The notes under the pieces were generated by a model. That model was not told the DNA's origin and did not search any database. It saw only the letters and a program-made list of their open reading frames with translations. Of a stretch of DNA of 64,000 bases, positions 31,077 to 41,730 are shown piece after piece. Where the stretch lies: positions 62,001 to 126,000 of the forward strand of contig AP024666.1 of NCBI GenBank assembly GCA_024346625.1, written 5' to 3'. Position 1 is the first letter of the stretch. Each line of letters begins with the position of its first letter. The stretch is from Williopsis jadinii. Its lineage: Eukaryota. The position numbers and the translations under genes were made by a program.

Positions 31077-32771
31077 ATGTCAGGTGCTCATATCATCGCT
31101 AAGGCCATAAAGAAGCTCGGTGTTACGACGGTGTTCGGAATCGTGGGCATCCCCATAGTGGAGGTTGGAGATGCTCTCATCAGAGAGGGAGTTCGTTTCA
31201 TATCCTTCCGCAACGAGCAGAGTGCTGCCTACGCCGCGTCTGCCTATGGCTATCTCACTGGAGAGCCTGGTGTGCTGCTGGTTGTTGGCGGCCCCGGAGT
31301 TGTCCATGCCTTGGCTGGTGTTCTCAACTCGAACTCCAATAGATGGCCTCTCCTAGTACTGGCGGGCTCTGCAGGCGTTGATGATTTGACGAAGGGAGGG
31401 TTCCAGGAGCTGGACCAGCTGAGCCTCCTGGCCCCGATGACCAAGTTTGCTGCAAAGGTTCAGCAGTTGGATCAAGTTCCTGATTTGCTGTACAAAGCGT
31501 ATAAGAGCGCAATGTTCGGTACTCCAGGCACTGCTTATATTGATTTACCGGCAGACGTTGTTGAACTGGAGGGCGTGGATCCAAAGCTGGAGAGTGCTAT
31601 CTTGCGTAGAGTCACTACACTGACCAAGGCCTCCATTCCAAGGTTCATCCCTCCAAGGTCTCAGGTGGAACAAGCTGCTGCTCTGCTGCGAAATGCGAAG
31701 TCACCACTTGTTGTCATCGGCAAGGGCTCAGCATACGCCAATGCTTCCTCACAGATCAGAAAGTTCATCAATGACCATAACCTGCCGTTTTTGCCAACCC
31801 CAATGGGGAAAGGTGTCGTGCCAGACTCCTCTGATTTGAACGTTTCTAGCGCAAGGTCACAGGCATTGAAGAATGCCGATGTTGTGTTGATACTCGGTGC
31901 ACGGTTGAACTGGATCTTACACTTTGGTGAATCTCCAAGATGGCAAGCCGACGTGAAGTTCATCCAAGTGGACAGCAACCCTGAGGAGATTGGATATAAC
32001 ACTGCATCATCCACGAATTACGGGCTATGTGGTGATATTTCACTGGTGACTAGTGAATTGGATGCACTACTGGGGAACTACAGAGCCGAGGAATTGCCTA
32101 GATCTATTATTGACACCATTGCGAAGAACAACAAGTCATTGGCAGCTAAGGAGATTGCCAAAGCTCCGCAGCTGAACTACAACTTGGTCTATAAAGTGCT
32201 CCGTGAGTTGATTGACCCTGTTGAGAAGGATACGATCCTCATCACTGAGGGTGCAAACACCATGGACGTTGCACGTATCTCATTCCCTCAAAACTATCCG
32301 AAACAACGACTGGATGCTGGGACCAACGCTACAATGGGGATTGGTTTGGGCTATGCAATTGCTGCAAAGGTTTCGAACCCAGATAAGAAAGTGATTGCCA
32401 TTGAAGGCGATTCAGCCTTTGGATTCTCTGGAATGGAACTGGAAACAGCAGTACGCTCTCATTTACCAATCATAGTTGTTGTCATGAACAACAGTGGTAT
32501 ATATCGTGGAGTTCCAGATACCAAGGAGTATAACCATTACGAAAGCTTGCCCTCTACGGCATTAGGACAGCAGACAAAGTATGATCTGTTGGCAAAGGGA
32601 TTAGGAGCCAATGGAGTCACTGCCACGACTCAGGAACAGGTGTCAACTGCGTTCAAAGAAGCTCTAGTAGCATTGGATCGTGGAGAATCTACTCTCATTA
32701 ATGTAATCATTGGACCAGGAGTGCAAAAGAAGGTTGGTTTTGGATGGCAGAACAAGAAGGCCAAGTTATGA
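31077..32771 (+). CDS. PXP1: Peroxisomal TPP-dependent 2-hydroxyacyl-CoA lyase / oxalyl-CoA decarboxylase-like protein
   Basis: FGIVGIP, RNEQSA, PTPMGKG, LDAGTNATMG and GDSAFGFSGME..NN TPP motif; C-terminal PTS1 -AKL. Confidence 0.92.
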   Translation: MSGAHIIAKAIKKLGVTTVFGIVGIPIVEVGDALIREGVRFISFRNEQSAAYAASAYGYLTGEPGVLLVVGGPGVVHALAGVLNSNSNRWPLLVLAGSAGVDDLTKGGFQELDQLSLLAPMTKFAAKVQQLDQVPDLLYKAYKSAMFGTPGTAYIDLPADVVELEGVDPKLESAILRRVTTLTKASIPRFIPPRSQVEQAAALLRNAKSPLVVIGKGSAYANASSQIRKFINDHNLPFLPTPMGKGVVPDSSDLNVSSARSQALKNADVVLILGARLNWILHFGESPRWQADVKFIQVDSNPEEIGYNTASSTNYGLCGDISLVTSELDALLGNYRAEELPRSIIDTIAKNNKSLAAKEIAKAPQLNYNLVYKVLRELIDPVEKDTILITEGANTMDVARISFPQNYPKQRLDAGTNATMGIGLGYAIAAKVSNPDKKVIAIEGDSAFGFSGMELETAVRSHLPIIVVVMNNSGIYRGVPDTKEYNHYESLPSTALGQQTKYDLLAKGLGANGVTATTQEQVSTAFKEALVALDRGESTLINVIIGPGVQKKVGFGWQNKKAKL

Positions 32772-32895
32772 GTGATATTGTTAGATTGAGCACCTATTTA
32801 AACACCATGAACCACACGTTCCATTCCAGTGTTGTAAGGTCTTAGAGAAAGAGAGAATACAAAGGCATAGAGAGGAAAAGCACACACAGCCAAAC

Positions 32896-35160
32896 CTAAT
32901 GACCATCTCCATCACCTCCCTTATGTATCTTATCAGAGAGATCGTGGATGGCATCTTCAATGGCATCACCGAGATCATCGATAGCGTCATTGACCTCATC
33001 CATCAAATCCTCAGCATCGTCAACAAGATCCTCACCCATATCGGTGATCTTGTCCCATATATCCTGTTCCTTGTCCCCCTTGTGATCTTCGTCATCTTGT
33101 TGTCCACCAGCATTAGATTCTCCCTGATCATCATTTGAACCAACATCTTGCACATTGTTATCTGTAGAAGGATCTTGTGCACTGTCATTAGACGCTTCTT
33201 GTTGCTGTATATCGTCATTAGACACTGCTTCATCTGCTTGATTTGAAGAGTCCGAGGTTCCTCCCTGTCCAGCATCATCAACAGAGCCAGCATTAGGAGT
33301 AGAGTCTTCAGCTTCAGTTGTTTTGCCAGCGTCGCCTTCAAGCGTAGTGGTTTCTCTATCCTGCTGAGGTCTATAGAGTATATCGTAGGTGGAGTCTTCC
33401 TTGATGAAACCTCCAACGTTGAAACTGACACCTGGATAAGATTGTTCATCCCTCCAATCCTCTGGCAGAACATTCTCTGATACAAACAAGTTCGTTCCAT
33501 TGTTCTCAGCAGGGTTCAGATTCAGCATATCACAGAGTATACCGTAAACCTCAACGTTTTCAAACGGGTTAACCTTATAAGGCTTCTCTTTAGATATCTT
33601 TCCCTTAAAATAAGGACCAGAACCGAGGAAGATGGCTCTCATTAAAACTTCCTTGTTATCATAACCATGGACACCCTTTGGGCGATACTCGCCATTCTTA
33701 CGATCCATATCATCGTGTGTAGTTATTGAGAACCCAATATCAGGAATGACCCAGATAGGAGCAACTCTTTCATAGAAGTCATGATTCACATTGGTTGGAT
33801 CACCACCAAAGTGCCAATCCTCAGGCAAGTCTTCACGCAGATAGAACTTGTAGCCATTGTCCTCAATGAAGGTTGATTTCAACTCCTCGTTGAGCTCCTC
33901 CACGGTATACTCTGGAAAAGGTCTTAAACCGAACAATGGCCAACCATCAATGTGCTGGATCTTTGTCACATTGACGATCTCGTCCAAATACACCAAACGA
34001 TCATTAGAAGTTGGTGACATCCCATGGTCTGAGACAATGACAACGTTGATGATATCTGTGGCGTTTCTATCCTCAACACCCTGGAGTATACTACCGACAA
34101 ATTCATCAACATATGTCAATTCCTTCTCTAGCTCTTCACCTTTGATGCCGTTGGCATGGCCTTTAGAATCGACATTAGGCACATAAGCCACTATAAGCTC
34201 TGGTCTCTGTTCAAATGGACGATCCAGCCATCCCAGCACCCTCTCAGTTTTGATTTCTAGCAGCTCAGTGCCGTTATATCTATCCATCTCTGAAGGGTTT
34301 CCCTTAGGGAAAACAACCTCGCTTCCTGGGAACATATGGATAGCTGATTTCACGCCTTGTAGCTCAGCAGTCGACCAGATAGGCTCACCACCCCAGAAGA
34401 CAGGGTCAAGAGACTTCTTTGGAATCACGTTGATGAACTCTCTCTCCAGCACAGGGTCATAGAACCTATTGCCGACAATTCCATGGTACTGTGGGTATAG
34501 TCCGGTCGCCATGGTCCAATGGTTAGGGAAAGTAGACGAAGGGAACGACGGTATCATATAAGGCGCACCGTAGCCGTTCAACAACAGGTTGTGAAGTGTT
34601 GGAGTCAGTTTCTCGGATATGTAGTGAGGATGGAACCCATCCAGGGAGATGAATATGGTGGTTGGGTAGAACATATCTGTTCCATTCGAGAGCACTGCCT
34701 TTGACGGAACAGTCGATTTGGAGCCTCTCTTGCCCAATAGCACAGAGAGCACAATCACTGCAACGAGCAGCCCTACAAGAGCAGCATATACAAGCCCTTT
34801 CTTGGACTTGCGCAGGATATGGGCCCATATCACACTCTTCTGTCGTCTCAGTACAAACTGCTCATCGCTGAGGTCAAAGGAATCATCGTCTCTCAGATCA
34901 ACATGGGACCCACTGTCGAAGAAGTGTGTCTGTAGCTGTATCCCGTTTCTCACAGAGCTCGACGGAACACGTGTGTAGGACTTCTGAGTCCAGCTTGACA
35001 GCTTATTCCACACATTGCCCATGAAGGAGCTATCACGATGCAACACGTTATCGTTGAAGTCGATGTCCTCTCGAAGAACCGTCGGGTCGAGCTCTTCCTG
35101 GGAGAAGTCCTCCTCGTCTTCATCCAAGTTCGTGACGGGAATGTCCACAGCGTGTGCCAT
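32896..35160 (-). CDS. NPP1: Type II membrane nucleotide pyrophosphatase/phosphodiesterase
   Basis: TM anchor; ISLDGF, PSSTFPNHW, SDHGM and GVHGYD motifs; acidic C-terminal tail. Confidence 0.92.
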   Translation of the reverse strand: MAHAVDIPVTNLDEDEEDFSQEELDPTVLREDIDFNDNVLHRDSSFMGNVWNKLSSWTQKSYTRVPSSSVRNGIQLQTHFFDSGSHVDLRDDDSFDLSDEQFVLRRQKSVIWAHILRKSKKGLVYAALVGLLVAVIVLSVLLGKRGSKSTVPSKAVLSNGTDMFYPTTIFISLDGFHPHYISEKLTPTLHNLLLNGYGAPYMIPSFPSSTFPNHWTMATGLYPQYHGIVGNRFYDPVLEREFINVIPKKSLDPVFWGGEPIWSTAELQGVKSAIHMFPGSEVVFPKGNPSEMDRYNGTELLEIKTERVLGWLDRPFEQRPELIVAYVPNVDSKGHANGIKGEELEKELTYVDEFVGSILQGVEDRNATDIINVVIVSDHGMSPTSNDRLVYLDEIVNVTKIQHIDGWPLFGLRPFPEYTVEELNEELKSTFIEDNGYKFYLREDLPEDWHFGGDPTNVNHDFYERVAPIWVIPDIGFSITTHDDMDRKNGEYRPKGVHGYDNKEVLMRAIFLGSGPYFKGKISKEKPYKVNPFENVEVYGILCDMLNLNPAENNGTNLFVSENVLPEDWRDEQSYPGVSFNVGGFIKEDSTYDILYRPQQDRETTTLEGDAGKTTEAEDSTPNAGSVDDAGQGGTSDSSNQADEAVSNDDIQQQEASNDSAQDPSTDNNVQDVGSNDDQGESNAGGQQDDEDHKGDKEQDIWDKITDMGEDLVDDAEDLMDEVNDAIDDLGDAIEDAIHDLSDKIHKGGDGDGH

Positions 35161-35554
35161 CGTGTTCAGAAGCCAATACCAGCCAGCGGAGTACCAGAGA
35201 GATGCGAGTGTGTATGGTTGAAAGTGCTTGTGATGTGAGAAGTTGTAGGCTAAACACGGGATGGTGTTTGGATGTTTTTTCTTTCCCCCCCCCCTTCTGC
35301 ACTATCGTGTTTCCCGGGTTACACGCGAACCCGTAAAGGGCTAGTTTTCCCGAGACCGCGAATCCTGCCGGATGCGGAATTCCGTCCGGTGGTGTACGGA
35401 TGTCGCCTTTTTCTCTCTCGCACCCTCGGATTTCCAACTACAAAGCGCGCACTCTCGAGGGCACCTCACAACACGTACTGCTTCTATAAGCACTAAACCC
35501 TCTTCAATCGAGACATTTTGAGCGCTTTAGCCACCATATCACCATTGGAAAACC

Positions 35555-37585
35555 ATGAGAAGGCTGCTGCTGAGGTCTGGTTGTGCGGTGCCGATTTTCT
35601 CCAGGAATTTCCACCCACAACAGCACAGTACACCGGTGCTTGTGCTTCCCTTTCTCAAGGACAAAGAGCTTCTGATGAAGGTGTTCCATAGGGATCGTTC
35701 ACTGCCGTTCAACACCCTGAGGGACGTGCTGGGGTTCAAGTATACCGACCCGGATACTGTTGAGCTTGTGAGGCACTCGTGGCTGGATTTCGTCACGATG
35801 AACGAGGATGTGGGTGCGTTGCAAGAGGGATTGCACGATTGTGGAGATGAGGATAAGTTCTGGAGCACGAGCATAAGGATCGCTAATAGCTCGCCGATGG
35901 TTATGAAGGCATTGGTGGAGATATGGGGCGATGATGTGAGGAGGGCGGAACTGCCCGTACCCAATGATCTCCTGGAGACGTTGATTGCGTCTTTGATGTA
36001 CCATGAGAACTTTGAAATGTCATCAAAGCTGGTTTCCAGATGCTTGAACAATGAGAAGGCTATAAACTGGAAACCAATGGTTGACGTTGCAATATCCTTC
36101 CACAATCCAACTCCGTTGGAGTTCTTAGCTAAGATATGGAGTTCGAACACGTCTCCAGATATCTACTTACAGGTGATGCCACATTTGAGATCCTTGGGAT
36201 TGAAAGAACCGTACCTCAACAGATGGAATAACTCGTTAGTAGGTATAGGCGCGTTCCCAAGAGACTCGAGTATGCCGTTAAACGTTGAGTTGAAATCTCA
36301 ATTGGACACTGCAAACCTTCGAAGCTTCCAAAATTGTTTGAAAAACCTTGCCAAATACGAGAAGGACCCGCATTGGCTGAAGAACCCAACTTCTCTACTG
36401 TTTCTTCGGTATATCCTCGAGAGCAAGGATCAATTGGATGCTCTGAAGACTGCACTGGACTCATGCCATGTCGATAGCTTCAATATGTCATTTTGGAAGA
36501 CCTTGTACATATACTCATCCATCCCATTTGACGAATTGGATCAACGACTGCGCCAAACCAAGTTCAGCCCAGAAAACACAACCATTGTGACTGCAAAGTT
36601 AAGAAGAACTTCTAAAGAGAAGCCAGCCGAGTTCTGGACGATGCTTGCCTCTGAATCGAGGGCAGACGTGATTGGTAAATCCTATCTACCGATACTCGTG
36701 GCTACGATTCAGTGTTCCACTTTGGAGAAGGCCATGGACCTGGCTTTGCATGTTCTTTCGCTGGACTCTGTGAATAACAAATTTGAAATTTGTAAAGCAT
36801 TTATTGTCGAATCTACCAAGGTCATCAAGGACGACCCCAAGAGAATTGAACAGAGCATGGTTTTAGACCAATTTGAAGAGTTTCTAAAGGAAAACATGCT
36901 AATGAACGACGAATTAGAAAACTACTTCATCTTTTCCGATCTTTCCCTGAAGCATTACGACTCTGCCGTCGAGAGATTGGAAATGATGATTGAGTCCAAG
37001 AGAACCATCGATGTACGGACTTTGGATCATCTCCTGAAGGTGCTGTCATGGATGAGGAAAACTCACAAGAGAGAGGATATCATTGAAAACATGTTCAGAG
37101 CCACAGTCAGTGCCTTGGAACAGTGTAAGGATATTCCATCAAAGACATGGAACGGCATCCTGATGGAGGTTGGCGAACACTATGATATGGCGATGATTCG
37201 AACCTTTCTCCTCCGCACCACGGAGCTCGTCAGTGCACAATGCCACCTGAACATCCATCCATCGAACCCAAACCACCCTCTGAGACAGGTTTTCAACGAC
37301 AAGCTGACATATTCGATTCTGGACTGGGGGTTCATCAAGGAGCCAGAGAACCCATGGGCAGGCTTAGACCTCATAAGGGAGCTGGAGACAAAGGGCATAT
37401 ACTTCCAAGAAAACCTCATAAAGAAGCATCTGCTGAAACTGACGAGGATACTGCACAGGATACCAACGGTGGAGCATGATGGTCGAATCCCTCAGAGGCT
37501 ATTCGATGCCATGAAGGGGAGAATAGTGAGTGGTGATGTTGAAACCACGATAAACGCACTGAACGAGATGTCCAAAAGGAATTAA
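35555..37585 (+). CDS. Putative mitochondrial alpha-helical (PPR-like) protein
   Basis: Presequence-like N-terminus MRRLLLRSG; helical body; C-terminal HPLRQVF...ILDWGF...W.GLDLIRELETKGI resembles fungal PPR-annotated proteins (recognition only). Confidence 0.55.
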   Translation: MRRLLLRSGCAVPIFSRNFHPQQHSTPVLVLPFLKDKELLMKVFHRDRSLPFNTLRDVLGFKYTDPDTVELVRHSWLDFVTMNEDVGALQEGLHDCGDEDKFWSTSIRIANSSPMVMKALVEIWGDDVRRAELPVPNDLLETLIASLMYHENFEMSSKLVSRCLNNEKAINWKPMVDVAISFHNPTPLEFLAKIWSSNTSPDIYLQVMPHLRSLGLKEPYLNRWNNSLVGIGAFPRDSSMPLNVELKSQLDTANLRSFQNCLKNLAKYEKDPHWLKNPTSLLFLRYILESKDQLDALKTALDSCHVDSFNMSFWKTLYIYSSIPFDELDQRLRQTKFSPENTTIVTAKLRRTSKEKPAEFWTMLASESRADVIGKSYLPILVATIQCSTLEKAMDLALHVLSLDSVNNKFEICKAFIVESTKVIKDDPKRIEQSMVLDQFEEFLKENMLMNDELENYFIFSDLSLKHYDSAVERLEMMIESKRTIDVRTLDHLLKVLSWMRKTHKREDIIENMFRATVSALEQCKDIPSKTWNGILMEVGEHYDMAMIRTFLLRTTELVSAQCHLNIHPSNPNHPLRQVFNDKLTYSILDWGFIKEPENPWAGLDLIRELETKGIYFQENLIKKHLLKLTRILHRIPTVEHDGRIPQRLFDAMKGRIVSGDVETTINALNEMSKRN

Positions 37586-37854
37586 GCATGGACTTTCTAT
37601 TTATTAATCTATTTATTCATTATTTATATATGACGATCGATCTTATTCGATCATTGCATTTCTATTAGCCCATCTAGTATGTTCTGTTAGGTTGTTCTTC
37701 TTCCTCATTGGCCGGTTCTACCGGTTCTATCGGTGATAACTCGGCGTTTGGACCTTCTCCCCCCGGCGAAGACTCATCAAGAACTTTTTACATGAAGGAC
37801 TTCGTTCCAATTGAGGGCCATATCGTCTGATAAAAGGCACAGACATCGAGCAAA

Positions 37855-38823
37855 ATGCATTCTCATCACAGCCATAGTGGTGAATACGTTGCCCATGGCT
37901 CAGATACCTTGGAAGGCGTCACTGGTAGAGCCATTGAGATGGGGTTTGATGTGTTTTGTATGACTGAACACATGCCCCGTTTGAAGGAAGAGTTTATCTA
38001 TCCGGAGGAGAAGGAGAAACACTACGACGTGGGACAGTTACAGGCGATCTTTGATGACTACTATAACCACGCAAGACGGATCCAGGCTGATAGCTGGGCC
38101 AATGGATGCCACACCAAGTTCCTGGTTGGTTTAGAGGTTGAGGGCATCGACGTCGACCACATTGAGTATACCTCGACAATTAGACAGAAATACGGCGTAG
38201 ATATGGTTGTTGGCTCAGTGCACTTCGTCAGAGGCATCCCCATTGACTTTGACAAGGCGCAGTTCGCCAGAGTGCTTGAGCTGTGTGGCTCATTCCGTCA
38301 GCTGGCTTTGGAATACTTCCAATTGCAGTACAAAGTTATAGATAGACTGCACCCTGAAGTGATTGGGCATTTCGATCTCATTCGACTATTCATGGATGGT
38401 GCTGAGATCGATGAGTCTACAGGTAAGAAACTGAGCGATGTCAGTATTGAAACCGACTGGCCAGACGTTTGGAACCAGATAAAGATAAACCTGCAATTGG
38501 CAAATTCATACGGTGGATTGATCGAATTGAACAGCTCAGCCATTAGAAAAGGATGGAATACACCCTACCCCCAATTTGATGTGGCTAAAGCTGTGAAACT
38601 GTATAACGACGGAAGGTTCTGCCTCTCAGATGACTCTCATAGCATCGCCCAGGTCGGATTGAACTACCACAAGGTTCTCGATTACGTTGTCAATGAGCTA
38701 AAGCTGGACAAGCTCTACTACTTGGATGTGGACCTCACCTCTGATTCTAGGAAAGTTACAGTCAAGACTATAGACATGGAGGATGTTAAGAAGAACAAGT
38801 TCTGGGAACAGTTCAAAGATTGA
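37855..38823 (+). CDS. HIS2: Histidinol-phosphatase (PHP family)
   Basis: MHSHHSHSG, TEHMPR, VGSVH, GHFDL and LSDDSH motifs. Confidence 0.96.
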   Translation: MHSHHSHSGEYVAHGSDTLEGVTGRAIEMGFDVFCMTEHMPRLKEEFIYPEEKEKHYDVGQLQAIFDDYYNHARRIQADSWANGCHTKFLVGLEVEGIDVDHIEYTSTIRQKYGVDMVVGSVHFVRGIPIDFDKAQFARVLELCGSFRQLALEYFQLQYKVIDRLHPEVIGHFDLIRLFMDGAEIDESTGKKLSDVSIETDWPDVWNQIKINLQLANSYGGLIELNSSAIRKGWNTPYPQFDVAKAVKLYNDGRFCLSDDSHSIAQVGLNYHKVLDYVVNELKLDKLYYLDVDLTSDSRKVTVKTIDMEDVKKNKFWEQFKD

Positions 38824-38875
38824 TGCTCATCTACACAAGTAAGTCTGAAGTTTATGCAAATATACAATTAAAATA

Positions 38876-40867
38876 TCATAATAGGAACCCCATAGCCATA
38901 ACAAGAGCACCAAAGTTCATGGATGGTGTAGTCATCATGGCATTGTTCTTTGAGGAAGCACTGGTTGTTGTCCCTGAGGAGCTCGCTGACGAAACACCAG
39001 AGGAAGTCGACGAAGTAGTTGAGATGGCATCAGAAGCAGATGTGGTTGAAGAGCCACCAACAGTGCTACTGGATTCGACAGTAATCTCAAAGACACCGGA
39101 TGACATGTCGCTCTTATCCAAGTTCGATGACGAGGTATAGTTGAATGATCTGTCGACAATAGTATCATCACCAGTGTACTGCTCTCCGTTCCAGCAGTAC
39201 TCCTCAAAGCACTCAGCACACTCATCAGACTGTTCCCAACCATTACGCTCTTGTTCACGATGAATGATGGCACATGCAACACATTTTGGCCAGTTCTCAT
39301 CAATGGTCAAGTTAAATCTGGTAGTGGCTTCAAATCCATTCTGAATGATAGCATTTCTATCTTCTGTGCTGTAGGACATCTTCAGAGTTGAAGTGTTTGA
39401 CCACGCAGTGTAGGCGATGTTTGGAATGTATACAATAAGCGGAGGAATAGTACCCAGGTCAGTCAAATTAGAGCTGTTACAACCCAAGAACATTGGCTTC
39501 TCTCCCAATTTGTTGTGGAGAAAGGTATCGTTTGTAGGAACATATGGGAAGCCAGTTCCGTTACCTTGGACTGAGAACTGACGGTTGTAAGTTGCGACGA
39601 GAGCAGTTCCATCTGGGAAGTTATCCTCAGTGTTATCAGAGTTATCAAAGGCAAAGATAACATCAACATCACGTTCCTGTTGAAGCATTGGGGCAAATGG
39701 GATGTTCTGACCATCCTCACCACCATCAACAAGGTACAGTTCTTCGCTTTCAACAATGGTCTTGAGGGAAGCATATCCTGCTTGGAAGAACGGGTTTGGA
39801 CTGTACACTGCAACGTCATCGTTTGCACCATCCAACCCTCCTAAGAAAGTGCTGATCAAGCTAGATGACAAACCAGCAAAACCAGTCACGTTCAAAGACA
39901 CGGTGTTGAACAGAGATGAAGAGGTACCCAGAACAAACCCTGCATTATCAAATCCTTCAACACAGATATCAGAGGTTGGTTCACCGTTGGTGACGTTGGA
40001 ACCAATGTATTTCAAATTGGCAAATGAGTACAGCGAAGGATCCCATGAACCTAGCTCGAAGGGGTTAAATTCGAACACTGTCGAGTTCAAGTTGATAATC
40101 TTGGTATCAGGTGCTCTACCAAGGGCAATGGAGATTGGGAATGGCATCTCACCGTTCTGGAAGGCCTCAATGTCGACAATGGACGAGTAAGTCAAAGACG
40201 CTTCAGCGTCATTCTCTTCGCCAAAGAATTGGTATGCTAGAGCTCTTCCCCAGAGATCGGTAAGCGAAGTGTCGAACCCAGCTTCGGCCTTTTCATCCAC
40301 GTCAGCCTTGATGCTCTGCCAACGCAGTGCTGTCTCAAAGACATCACTACCACCTGGAGTGACAATGGAGTTCTCCAAGTCCCAGATGGTGTCATTTGAC
40401 AATATTTCTTCGACGCTGGTCCAGTTATTCAAAGCCAGCGTTCCGGTGAGCCAATTACCACCAGAGAGACCCACAAAGTACGTAGAGGCCTGGAGCAAAC
40501 CACCCAGCCCGTGTTCGTTTGCGCCCTCAGTTCTGCTATCCAAGGCAGCAACCTGGCCGGCACCGTTGAGCATGGCCCTATAACCACCGCCTGAGAATGC
40601 GAGACCAATCGTGATGGATCTGTTCAGCGAGTTGAGGAAGTCTTTGGCATCAAAGCCATCAAGGTCGGCCCTTTCCAGGAACTCGGAAAGAGCATCATCA
40701 GTGACAGAGTGACGCTTCTCCAGCCAGCTCTTCTCATCGTCAGATATCGACGAGGCAGACCGGACAAGCGTTGCGTCCTGTGGACATGAAACGTTTACAG
40801 GGGCATAGGAGCTGTAAGAAACGTCGATGAGCTGGGCAAGCACCGCAAGACAGGCGAATGGCAGCAT
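38876..40867 (-). CDS. Phospholipase B / lysophospholipase, secreted, probably GPI-anchored (copy 1)
   Basis: Signal peptide, SGGGYRAM, GLSGG nucleophile, DGGED, Ser/Thr-rich tail and hydrophobic C-terminus. Confidence 0.95.
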   Translation of the reverse strand: MLPFACLAVLAQLIDVSYSSYAPVNVSCPQDATLVRSASSISDDEKSWLEKRHSVTDDALSEFLERADLDGFDAKDFLNSLNRSITIGLAFSGGGYRAMLNGAGQVAALDSRTEGANEHGLGGLLQASTYFVGLSGGNWLTGTLALNNWTSVEEILSNDTIWDLENSIVTPGGSDVFETALRWQSIKADVDEKAEAGFDTSLTDLWGRALAYQFFGEENDAEASLTYSSIVDIEAFQNGEMPFPISIALGRAPDTKIINLNSTVFEFNPFELGSWDPSLYSFANLKYIGSNVTNGEPTSDICVEGFDNAGFVLGTSSSLFNTVSLNVTGFAGLSSSLISTFLGGLDGANDDVAVYSPNPFFQAGYASLKTIVESEELYLVDGGEDGQNIPFAPMLQQERDVDVIFAFDNSDNTEDNFPDGTALVATYNRQFSVQGNGTGFPYVPTNDTFLHNKLGEKPMFLGCNSSNLTDLGTIPPLIVYIPNIAYTAWSNTSTLKMSYSTEDRNAIIQNGFEATTRFNLTIDENWPKCVACAIIHREQERNGWEQSDECAECFEEYCWNGEQYTGDDTIVDRSFNYTSSSNLDKSDMSSGVFEITVESSSTVGGSSTTSASDAISTTSSTSSGVSSASSSGTTTSASSKNNAMMTTPSMNFGALVMAMGFLL

Positions 40868-41730
40868 CTCTTCACTTGTTTGTGCTATTGCTCGTTCAAT
40901 TGAGGGAAAACGCTCGTTCTTCCAGCTCGCAATATCAATTGGCTCAAAAGAGATGAGCTGACACAGCTTTTAAATACCAATTCCAACCTCCAACGCCTTT
41001 CCAATCCTCGGAAATGACATGATGCAACCGTTGGAGCTGCTGCGTACGGCGTTTCAGCGTTTCTCCTCGAACTTTATGAGTGGTTTCGGATTAATCTTAC
41101 AGAGGGTTAACATGGTTGCTACGGAAGAAACTCACGACTCGTAGAGATAAAAGCTGGGGAAGATGATGCATCGTGAGCCCGCTATATGAACAAAGACACC
41201 AACGCTCACCGACATTCCTTGTCAATTGGACAAGAACATGAAGAATTCCTCCGAGTATTAAATGGAAACACATGCTGCGTGTGTAATATAGTTTCATGCG
41301 TGATGCACACACGGACGCACCGTATACAGGAGAGTACATCTTTGCGCGTTTTTTTATAAACGAAGGGCAGGAATTGTAGTCAAAGAGAGGTGGAATTGTT
41401 GAGTAATCTTTGTTGGTCTTGCCAGGATTACTGGTTGTGATGATTGTTTACAGGGAGTGCTTGAATGGAAGCGGTTTCTTTGGTTCCAGCGTCATCAATG
41501 ACAACACTACTGAAGGAATATGTCCAAGGTGTTACGGCTTTGAGACCAGGCCGAAAAGGAGGAGAAGTTTACACAGTGAGGAGATAAGTCGTAGAAAGTA
41601 TATATACCGTGGAAAAGGTATGACTTGGTGCGTCGGACATTAAATTTGGGTCATGTACGTTTGAACTGCATTTGGTTGGACTGTGTTTTATGGAATGCCT
41701 GGTTGCTTCAAGGGAAAGGTTCTCAGGGCA

